Source: an uncultured Bacteroidota bacterium (GTDB taxonomy: Bacteria; Bacteroidota; Ignavibacteria; Ignavibacteriales; Ignavibacteriaceae). From it: a DNA stretch of 32,000 nucleotides. Below, in pieces: positions 1 through 7,312 of the stretch. Where the stretch lies: positions 32,671 to 64,670 of the forward strand of contig CAWAJW010000008.1 in assembly GCA_963782475.1 (NCBI GenBank), given 5' to 3'. The translations under genes and the position numbers were made by a program. How positions within the stretch are numbered: the first letter of the stretch is position 1; each line of letters begins with the position of its first letter. Below the pieces are notes generated by a model. It was not told the DNA's origin. It searched no databases and was given only the letters and a program-made list of their open reading frames with translations.

Positions 1-699
1 GCCGGCCCGGGAAATCCTCCGGTTTTGATTGATGAAACTGCGGATCTGGCATTAGCTGCAGCAGAAATTACGACAAGTTCAAGTTATGATAATAATGTTC
101 TTTGCATAGCAGAAAAGGAAATTTTTGTTGTTGAAACTGTCTTCGAAACTTTTATGCAAGAAATGGAAAAGGCCGGCAATATAAGATTGTCATCAAGCCA
201 AATGGATCAACTTGCTAAAAAAGCACTGGAACTTTCCGGCAGGCATTGGCTTATCGGTCGTGATTATGTAGGCCGCAATGCAAATGTTTTAGCCAAAGCA
301 ATCGGATTGGAAATTTCCGAAAAAGTTCCGCTTTTATTCGGTGAAACAGTCAAGGAACATCCGTGGGTTGTAGCTGAACAAATGACCTCCTGCATACCTG
401 TAGTTAAAGTAAAGGATTTTGAAGATGGTCTTCAGGCTTCTCTTAAAGCTGAACATGGTTTTAAGCATACTGCAAGTATTTTTACCCGGGATATGGTTCG
501 TGCTACAAAATTTACAAGAATCCTTAATTGCGATGTGCATACAATAAACGGCGGTACTTTACGCGGTGATGGCGGGGATCTCGGTGAAGGTTATTTTTCT
601 CATACTATTGCTACTCCAACCGGAGAGGGAATCTGCACTCCGTTGGATTTTGTTCGGAAGCGCAGGATAATGACATACGGCGCTTATAGGTTTGTTTAA
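1..699 (+). CDS. CoA-acylating aldehyde dehydrogenase, BMC-associated (PduP/EutE family); 5' end cut by window edge
   Basis: Frame 1 is open from nt 1 (AGPGNPPVLIDETADLALAA...). It carries the GxGNPPxxVDETAD and SSYDNNVLCIAEKE motifs of acylating ALDHs. The C-terminus RKRRIMTYGAYRFV resembles PduP/EutE ends. It lies directly upstream of the shell genes. Confidence 0.85.
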   Translation, partial: AGPGNPPVLIDETADLALAAAEITTSSSYDNNVLCIAEKEIFVVETVFETFMQEMEKAGNIRLSSSQMDQLAKKALELSGRHWLIGRDYVGRNANVLAKAIGLEISEKVPLLFGETVKEHPWVVAEQMTSCIPVVKVKDFEDGLQASLKAEHGFKHTASIFTRDMVRATKFTRILNCDVHTINGGTLRGDGGDLGEGYFSHTIATPTGEGICTPLDFVRKRRIMTYGAYRFV

Positions 700-738
700 T
701 TAGATAGAATATAGAATGATATTTAATGATTAGGAAAG

Positions 739-779
739 CATCCAATAATGTTCTTACTTTTTACTGGATGATGTTTTTT
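739..779 (+). terminator. Hairpin plus T-run between aldehyde dehydrogenase and shell genes (possible attenuator or partial terminator)
   Basis: CATCCAATAA (739-748) pairs with TTACTGGATG (761-770) with 1 mismatch and a 12-nt loop, followed by TTTTTT (774-779). The stem is weak and AT-rich. Confidence 0.3.
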
Positions 780-835
780 CAAGGGATATAAAAAAATTTA
801 GAAACAAATAGAATAATAAAATAAGGAACAAAGTT

Positions 836-1111
836 ATGGCATTAAAAAACGCAATAGGGATTCTTGAAACAAAAGGATTTGCTCCTTTAGTTCAGGGTGC
901 TGACGCTGCACTGAAAGCTGCTAATGTAGATATGATAGAATGGAGACAGGTCGGCAGCGGTTATGTCTCATTTATTGTTGAAGGAGATGTTGCCGCGGTA
1001 AGGGCTGCAATTGAAGCCGGCGCAAGCTCTGCTTCTAAGGTCGGACAGGTAGTTTCGCAGTTAATTATTCCCCGTCCGGTTGAGGATCTTGACAAAACTT
1101 TTAACAAATAA
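836..1111 (+). CDS. BMC-H hexameric shell protein (PduA/EutM type)
   Basis: 91 aa. AIGILETKGFAPLVQGADAALKAANV...GSGYVSFIVEGDVAAVRAAIEAG...IIPRP matches the canonical single BMC-domain pattern of PduA. Confidence 0.92.
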   Translation: MALKNAIGILETKGFAPLVQGADAALKAANVDMIEWRQVGSGYVSFIVEGDVAAVRAAIEAGASSASKVGQVVSQLIIPRPVEDLDKTFNK

Positions 1112-1122
1112 ATTAAATAAAA

Positions 1123-1404
1123 ATGATTTTTGCAAAAGTGATTGGGACAGTTGTATCTACCCAAAAGGATAAAAATCTCAACGGTAAAAAGCTTCTTTTG
1201 TGTAAAGAAGTAGATCATAATGGTAATCCTTTAAATTCATACCACGTTGCTGTTGATGCAGTTCAGGCAGGTGAAGGAAATTTTGTTTTACTTTCATATG
1301 GTTCATCTGCAAGAATGACAGAGGCAACAAAGGATGCACCAATTGATGCGGTTATTTTAGCAATTATTGATGATGTTCAAATGACAGTTAAAACCAAGAG
1401 TTAA
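1123..1404 (+). CDS. BMC-P pentameric vertex protein (EutN/CcmL/PduN family), paralog 1
   Basis: 93 aa. MIFAKVIGTVVSTQKD...LLLCKEV...AVDAVQAGEGNFVLL...PIDAVILAIIDD is typical of the EutN/CcmL fold. Confidence 0.9.
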   Translation: MIFAKVIGTVVSTQKDKNLNGKKLLLCKEVDHNGNPLNSYHVAVDAVQAGEGNFVLLSYGSSARMTEATKDAPIDAVILAIIDDVQMTVKTKS

Positions 1405-1406
1405 TT

Positions 1407-1670
1407 ATGAAGCTCGGAAAAGTAATCGGTGTGGTCTGGTCTTCAAAAAAGGTTAATGAAATTTATGGATGCCGGATGTTTATTCTTCAGCCTGTTTCAA
1501 CTAAAGGGAAGAACATAGGTTATCCTTTAGTCGTTGCTGATCCTCAGGATATAGCTTCAGGCGGAGATAATGTAGTTTATGTAACAGGTACAGATGCTGT
1601 TCAGGCTTTTGATTCAGGCTTTGCGCCGATAAATGCAAGTATAGTAGCGTTAGTAGATGAAATCAGTTGA
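1407..1670 (+). CDS. BMC-P vertex protein, paralog 2
   Basis: 87 aa. MKLGKVIGVVWSSKK...MFILQPV...VVADPQDIASGGDNVVYVTG...INASIVALVDEI. There is a 2-nt gap from paralog 1. Confidence 0.85.
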   Translation: MKLGKVIGVVWSSKKVNEIYGCRMFILQPVSTKGKNIGYPLVVADPQDIASGGDNVVYVTGTDAVQAFDSGFAPINASIVALVDEIS

Positions 1671-1710
1671 TAACCTAAATGTCATATTGAATGAACGAAT
1701 GAGAGTATGT

Positions 1711-1773
1711 TTGAATGTTCCTGTAATGGACTTGTAAACCTGAACTTGAACCTGAACTTCATCATTGATCAAT
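1711..1773. repeat. TGAAC/GAACTT micro-repeat block, copy A (related to 27993-28057)
   Basis: AACCTGAACTTG and AACCTGAACTTC form a tandem 12-mer (1737-1760), with TGAAC at 6-nt phasing x3. The block ends in ...CATCATTGATCAAT. Copy B has a very similar core: TGAACTTGAAC[C/T]TGAACTT..ATT(G)GATCAAT. Confidence 0.5.
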
Positions 1774-1806
1774 GAGTTTTGTTTTCAATTAGAAATCATA
1801 GAGCAT

Positions 1807-2082
1807 ATGTTTTTAGCCCGGGTAGAGAAAAAAGTAATTTCAAGTATAAAACATAAGTCTTACTGCGGTAAAACAGTTTTTGTAGTACAGCCTGTATCTC
1901 CGGATGGGACTGCTAAAGGTGAAGAATGGATTGCAATGGATTATGTAGGAGCCGGTATAGGTGATATTGTGGTATGCGGGGGAGCCCCCGGAGTAGCTAA
2001 AACGGTTTTTAATCTGGAACTGGCTCCTATAAGAACATTAATTATGGCGATTGTCGATAAAATTGATTATCGCGATATCTAA
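1807..2082 (+). CDS. BMC-P vertex protein, paralog 3
   Basis: The ATG at 1807 gives MFLARVEKKVISSIKHKSY..KTVFVVQPV...AMDYVGAGIGDIVVCGG...IRTLIMAIVDKI, which aligns with the N-termini of the other two BMC-P proteins. The ORF-track start at 1765 would add a non-homologous extension. Confidence 0.8.
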   Translation: MFLARVEKKVISSIKHKSYCGKTVFVVQPVSPDGTAKGEEWIAMDYVGAGIGDIVVCGGAPGVAKTVFNLELAPIRTLIMAIVDKIDYRDI

Positions 2083-2092
2083 AAAAATTTTA

Positions 2093-3393
2093 ATGACATT
2101 AAACGATATTAAAGATTTAGGAATTATTGGTGCCGGCGGTGCCGGATTCCCGACACATATCAAACTGGATTCCAATCCCGATACAGTTATTATGAATGCC
2201 GCTGAATGTGAACCGCTGCTTCATAAAGATATGCAGTTATTGCTTAATTATCCGGATGAAATTTTAAATGGCTTTGAAATTGTCATATCCCTTACACGTG
2301 CAAAACAAGGTATAATCGGAATAAAAGAAAAACATAAAGAAGAAATTAAACTGCTTAAATCAAAAATAAGAAGTAATATTAAATTAATTGAAGTAGATGA
2401 TGTGTACCCTGCCGGGGATGAGATAACCCTGATATATTTAACAACCAAAAGACTTGTGCAGCCGGGAGCTTTACCGGTTTCAGCCGGCTGTATTGTTCAA
2501 AATGTTGAAACGCTTTATAACATCGGGATAAATAAATCAGTCACTGATAAATTTATTTCAGTTGCAGGTGCTGTTGAAAATCCATCAACCGTAAGAGTTC
2601 CTGTCGGGATTTCATACAAGGATATTCTATCTAAGTTTAAAATTACTGTTCCGGATTATGTTATAAGATCCGGCGGTCTTATGATGGGTATTTTAGAAGA
2701 TGATTTGAATAATGTAATTTCAAAACGTACAGGGGCAATAATAGTTTTACCTTCCGATCATTATTGTGTTACAATGTATAAGAGGTTTTCTACCGAACAT
2801 GCTACGGATATAATAGCAAAAGCCGGGTGCGATCAATGCTGCTTCTGCACTGAATTTTGCCCAAGATATTTATTAGGTCAGCCCGTTAGACCTGAAACCG
2901 CAATGCGGAACCGGATGTTCACAAGGGAAGATTTTCCCCTTTTAGATCCGGGTAATTTTTCCTGCTGCGAATGCAATCTTTGTACTATGTATGCCTGCCC
3001 TGAAGGTTTGGATCCAAAAGGAGCAGCCGTAATAGAAAAAAGACTGGCGAAAGAACAGCAATTAAAATGGAACGGCAGTGATATTGCGGTGCATCCAATG
3101 TTTGAATACAGAAAAGTACCTACTCAAAAATTAATGCAGAGATTAGACGTCATGATGTTCAGGGACGAAGGCCCGTTGGAAGAATATCAGCTTTAATCCT
3201 TCGATGGTTCGCATTCCGCTGGATCAACATATCGGTAACACCTGCGGAACCTATTGTAAAACCGGGTGATGTTGTAGATAAATATGATTTGATTGGTAAA
3301 TCCTCGGGAAAAATATCTTCCAATGTTCACGCTTCTATAGGTGGAAAAGTTGTATCAATAAATAAAAATGGAATTATTATCCAGAGGAATTAA
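2093..3393 (+). CDS. PduS-like / RnfC-like NAD(P)H-flavin Fe-S oxidoreductase. The main ORF is 2093-3196. The C-terminal barrel-sandwich domain (3204-3393) is reachable only through two +1 frame corrections.
   Basis: GIIGAGGAGFPTHIKL is the Complex1_51K/RnfC nucleotide-binding motif. It has an SLBB-like middle region and two ferredoxin motifs, CDQCCFCTEFCP and CCECNLCTMYACP. After the TAA at 3194-3196, the other two frames read NPSMVRIPLDQHIG and then TPAEPIVKPGDVVDKYDLIGK..SSNVHASIGGKVVSI, which is the RnfC barrel-sandwich hybrid pattern. This tail ends in a TAATG overlap with the next gene. Confidence 0.8.
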
Positions 3394-3962
3394 TGGAAAG
3401 AAATGCTATTGGAATAATTGAACTCGCCAGTATTTATAAAGGTTTTGAAGTTCAGGACCAGGTATTAAAATCAGCTAATGTGGAAAAATTAATTGCACGG
3501 ACGATTTGTTCAGGCAAATATTTTATGGTAGTAAGGGGTAATGTTGCCGATGTTGAAACTGCAATTAATGTTGCAAGAGAAGTGGGCGGATTCTCAGTTG
3601 TAAATTTAACAACTATTCCTAACTTGGATCCGCGGATATTTCCTGCAATCGCCGGAACAACAACAATACAAATTGATAATCTTAATACCAAAGTTAATGC
3701 AATGCTTATTATCGAAACTTTTTCTGTTGTCTCTGCAATAAAAGCCGCTGATTATGCTGCAAAGGAGGCAAACCTTAATATTTTAAGGATTCATGTTGCG
3801 ATGGCTGTGGGAGGGAAAGGATTTGTAGTAATTACCGGGGATATAGATGCACTTGAAGCCGCTGTTCAGCCGGCAATTGAATATATTAAGCAGGATGGAA
3901 TGCTGGCAGGTTATGTTATTATTAAAAATCCTCATAAAGAAGTTTTAAAAGAATTAATCTGA
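3393..3962 (+). CDS. BMC-T tandem-domain shell protein, PduT-like (candidate Fe-S pore)
   Basis: 189 aa with two BMC domains. AIGIIELASIYKGFEVQDQVLKSANVEKLIARTICSGKYF parallels PduT [39 protein letters not shown], including the Cys (here C39) that ligates the [4Fe-4S] cluster in PduT. Confidence 0.85.
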   Translation: MERNAIGIIELASIYKGFEVQDQVLKSANVEKLIARTICSGKYFMVVRGNVADVETAINVAREVGGFSVVNLTTIPNLDPRIFPAIAGTTTIQIDNLNTKVNAMLIIETFSVVSAIKAADYAAKEANLNILRIHVAMAVGGKGFVVITGDIDALEAAVQPAIEYIKQDGMLAGYVIIKNPHKEVLKELI

Positions 3963-4028
3963 TATATAATACTTCAATAATAATTAGACAGCTTTAATAG
4001 AATTTAAATAATCTAACGGAGAATAATT

Positions 4029-4832
4029 ATGAATAGTGAATGGGAAATTAAGCAGCTAATGGTTGAAATCGGGCGAAGAATATGGACACGCCAATATGTT
4101 GCTGCAAATGACGGAAATATTTCTGTAAGGCTCGACAGTGATGAAATTTTAACAACTCCTACCGGGGTAAGCAAAGGTTTTATGACTACCGATATGATAA
4201 TTAAAGTTGACGCAAAGGGGAAAGTTATTACCGGGAATGCAAATTATCGGCCATCCAGTGAACTTAAAATGCATATGGAAGTTTATAGAGAACGTCCGGA
4301 TATTAATTCAGTTGTCCATGCTCATCCTACTTATGCAACAAGTTTTGCCGTTGCCGGCATACCGTTAAACAAATGTGTATTGCCTGAAGCAATCCTTGTT
4401 ATTGGTTCTGTCCCGATTGCAAAATATGGTTTGCCTTCGACAATGGAAATTCCGGATTCAATAAGAGAATATATAAAAAATTCGGAAGCGATTTTATTGG
4501 AAAATCATGGCGCATTACTTTGGGCAGCGATTTGATTAAATGCATATCATAAAATGGAAACTCTTGAGCATACAGCCAGTATTGTTTGGAAAGCTATTCA
4601 GCTCGGCAATGTTAATGTACTGCCTGAATACGAAAGAGACCGGTTAATGGCTTTACGGGACAATTATGGTCTTAGGGGAAGGGTAACAACATGTGATGCT
4701 ACACCTATGCCTAGTAATGAGCATTCTATGGTTGAAGCAAGTGAAATAAAAAATTATTCTTCAGAAAATGTTTCAGAAAAAACTATCAAAGAAATTACCG
4801 AAAAAGTGCTTGCAAAACTTAAGCTGAGCTGA
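4029..4832 (+). CDS. Class II (FucA/RhaD-type) aldolase with a C-terminal extension. It is interrupted by an in-frame TGA at 4533-4535 (fragments 4029-4535 and 4554-4832).
   Basis: Motifs seen: NDGNISVRL, PTGVSKG, SSELKMHMEVY, VVHAHPTYATSFA, LLENHGA and ETLEHTA. Between about 4515 and 4540 an alternative frame reads (I/L)TLGSDLI, restoring the conserved HGxxTxGxxL motif. Confidence 0.85.
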
Positions 4833-4880
4833 AATTAACTATTTTGTCGAATATTATAAGAGGGCTTTAAATTAGACAAT

Positions 4881-6051
4881 ATGAAAATATTAATTGCAAA
4901 CCCGGGGAGCACTTCATATAAGTGCAAGTTATACGATGCATCAAATATGGATATTTTATTCCGGGCAGCAGTAGAAAGAATAGGGGATAGATGGGGGGAA
5001 TTATTCATACAATTTTCTTAATGAAACTGAAAAATTATCCCGGCAAAAAATTCCTGATAACCTGGCAGCAATCAAATTAACTTTGGATACTTTAAGTGAG
5101 CGATATTCAATTGAAGATTTGGCCGCAGTCGGATTTAAAACAGTACATGCGAGAGGGATTACAGGATGTGTTGAGCTTAAAGATGATGTGCTGCAAGCTA
5201 TGTTGGAATACCGCATGCTGGCACCTGTTCATACGGATGTATACCTGACAGCAATTTCCATTTTTAAAAAATTGTTACTTCCGATTCCATTAATCGGATT
5301 GTTTGAAACCTATTTTCATAAAAATATTCCGCCCGAAGCATATTATATATGGAATCCCTTATGAATATTATGAAAAATACGGGATTCGTAAATATGGATT
5401 TCATGGTGCATCACACCGGTATATCGGGGAAAGAGCAAAAGAATTATTTAATGCAAATAAAGTTATTTCATGCCACCTCGGCGGGAGCTCATCTGTTTGT
5501 GCAATAAAAGAGGCTGATCAATAGATACTTCAATGGGAATGAGCCCTCAAAGCGGGTTGTTAAATGCAAAAAGGGTTGGCGATTTTGATCCATTTGCACT
5601 ATTATATCTAATGGATAAGGAAAATATTTCCATTGAGAAAACTGCAGAAATTCTTATGTCTAACGGCGGTTTATTGGGAATTTCAGGAATAAGCGGAGAC
5701 TTTAGAGATATTGAAGAAAATATGTTAAAAGGCGATATAAGGGCAAAGCTTGCATTTAAGACTTTTGCTTATTATGTAAAGCGTTATATTGGTGAATATA
5801 TGGTGATACTTAATAGTGCCGATTCTATTGTATTTACTGCCGGTGCCGGCCAGAATTCACCGCTTCTTCGTAAAGAAATTATTTCAAATATGGAGAACCT
5901 GGGGATAATGATCGATGACAAACTAAATAATTCAAATCCTAAAGAGGGATTAATCTCTCATCAAAATTCGAAGATAAAAATTGCTGTAATTCCAACTAAT
6001 GAGGAATTGGTTGTTGCAAATGAAGTTAAAAAATTTCTGCACATTAAATAA
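4881..6051 (+). CDS. ackA: Acetate/propionate kinase family protein (BMC-associated acyl-phosphate kinase). It has three frame breaks (fragments 4881-5021, about 4984-5364, 5303-5524 and 5533-6051).
   Basis: Motifs seen: [25 protein letters not shown]..., [70 protein letters not shown]...[16 protein letters not shown] and [11 protein letters not shown]. The order and spacing match acetate kinase once the frames are joined. Confidence 0.85.
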
Positions 6052-6137
6052 AAATATTCTTTATTTTTATAAGGGAAAAAATTTCTTTTAGAAAATATAT
6101 AACTATTCAATTCAATAATTTAAAGAAAAATTCAATT

Positions 6138-7256
6138 ATGACTAATGAAATAAAAAAACAGTCAATTAATTTTTTAAGGGGTGTACCGGCCGAAGAATCT
6201 TTAGTTCAGCTTATTCCTCATGCATCCGAAGGATATAAAAAAGCAATTCAGCGGTATGGTACGGATGTACTTCAATATGGACATTTTTCAGGTTTTAAAC
6301 CTTTACGGAATTTGCTAGCTAAACAATATAATGTTAATCCTGAAAGAGTTGTCGCAGGGAATGGGGGATTAGAAGTTATTTCATTATTCTTTAAATCACT
6401 TCCATTACAGAGCAACATAATTGTTGAAGAAATTAGTTATGATCGGGTTCTTTTGGATGCAAAAAGATATGGTCATAATTTGATTGGTGTAACTCTGACA
6501 GAAGAGGGAATTGATCTGAAAAAATTTGAAAATATAATACGTAAAGGAAATATAAAAGCATTTTATGGAATTCCTTATCACCAGAATCCTTCCGGTATTA
6601 ATTATACCGTTGAAAACCGTAAAGCTGTTGAAAAGATTTGTGAAGAAAATGATATTTACTGTATATGGGATATATGCTATAAAGATCTCCGGTACGACGG
6701 AAAGTTGAATAATAATATAGAGATTTCCGAATGGGGACCCATCCTGACAAGCTCATTTACAAAAACCATCTCACCCGGTACTAAGTGCGGTTATATGATT
6801 GTACCTGAAAATTTTATTGCACATTTTACAAAGATAATATCTAATACGCGAATTAATCCAAATCTACCGACACAGGCATTTATAGCTGATTTTATAGAAT
6901 CAGGCGAATATGAAAAATTTCTTCTCTACCTGCGCGGGTTATATAAACCCAGAATGGATGCCCTGAATAATGCAATCCGGAATAACTTGCCGGAATCATC
7001 TAAAGTTGAAATAACCGGCGGATTTTTTGCTACCCTTACCTTTAAAAATATTTTTGAGGACCGGCAAAAAGCTTTTTTGGAAGATGCCGTAAAAGAAGGT
7101 GTTAACATTGCTCCTGCCTGGGATGCAGTTGCACCTAATTTTAAAGATGAAATTCAAAAAAAAGGCCTTTTTGTAAGATTAACATTTCCAGCCTATCAGC
7201 CTGGCGAAATTGAATGGGGTATAGCAAAACTGAAAAAGGTTGCCGATTTATATTAA
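6138..7256 (+). CDS. PLP-dependent aminotransferase, class I/II fold (specificity unknown)
   Basis: 372 aa. It has INFLRGVP, GNGGLEVISL, YGIPYHQNPSG and SSFTKTISPGTKCGYM, the last being the PLP-lysine motif SxxK...G.+.G. Confidence 0.7.
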   Translation: MTNEIKKQSINFLRGVPAEESLVQLIPHASEGYKKAIQRYGTDVLQYGHFSGFKPLRNLLAKQYNVNPERVVAGNGGLEVISLFFKSLPLQSNIIVEEISYDRVLLDAKRYGHNLIGVTLTEEGIDLKKFENIIRKGNIKAFYGIPYHQNPSGINYTVENRKAVEKICEENDIYCIWDICYKDLRYDGKLNNNIEISEWGPILTSSFTKTISPGTKCGYMIVPENFIAHFTKIISNTRINPNLPTQAFIADFIESGEYEKFLLYLRGLYKPRMDALNNAIRNNLPESSKVEITGGFFATLTFKNIFEDRQKAFLEDAVKEGVNIAPAWDAVAPNFKDEIQKKGLFVRLTFPAYQPGEIEWGIAKLKKVADLY

Positions 7257-7275
7257 GCTTAGTAAATAATAATAC

Positions 7276-7304
7276 TTGAATTTAATTTCAGAAAAACTTA
7301 AATA
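7276..7304 (+). promoter_or_regulatory. Sigma-70-type promoter candidate for the fucI operon
   Basis: TTGAAT (7276-7281), a 17-nt spacer, then TAAATA (7299-7304). Confidence 0.45.
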
Positions 7305-7312
7305 TAGCTTCA

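Noticed and set aside
334-540. Minus-strand ORFs of 60-125 aa: 334-540, 961-1218, 2248-2448, 3452-3691, 5001-5216, 6926-7108, 7387-7575, 7817-8026, 9218-9415, 12381-12578, 19285-19515, 19559-19780, 23212-23481, 24720-24926, 27513-27890, 29135-29323 and 30436-30783.
   Set aside because: All lie antisense within strongly supported + strand genes or overlap their edges. Their translations are low-complexity with no recognisable motifs, and they lack Shine-Dalgarno sequences. They are typical shadow ORFs of an AT-rich genome.
1765-1806. The N-terminal extension of BMC-P paralog 3 implied by the ORF-track start at 1765 (MINEFCFQLEIIEH...), and similarly the TTG starts at 2051, 16641 and 29586, the GTG start at 17563 and the ATG start at 28265.
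   Set aside because: Downstream ATGs at 1807, 2093, 16653, 17575, 28331 and 29622 give N-termini that align with family members or form proper signal peptides, or they have better RBS spacing. The extensions overlap upstream genes, repeats or promoters.
4533-4535. The in-frame TGA in the aldolase, and a TGA at 5515-5517 in the acetate-kinase frame, as evidence for TGA reassignment (genetic code 4 or 25) or selenocysteine.
   Set aside because: TGA clearly terminates panB (27984-27986) and the LacI gene (15539-15541) at their expected C-termini. Both are followed by long stretches with no nearby in-frame TAA or TAG. An alternative frame around the aldolase TGA restores the conserved HG..T.G..L motif, so a pair of indels explains it. 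No SECIS-like context is needed, and the position is not a redox Cys.
3191-5520. Programmed ribosomal frameshifting as the explanation for the clustered breaks in the BMC enzyme genes.
   Set aside because: The break sites have no common slippery heptamer or downstream structure. Similar breaks hit unrelated essential genes (uppS, bamA). One gene needs a compensating pair of shifts in opposite directions within about 25 nt. Indel error or very recent mutation is simpler.
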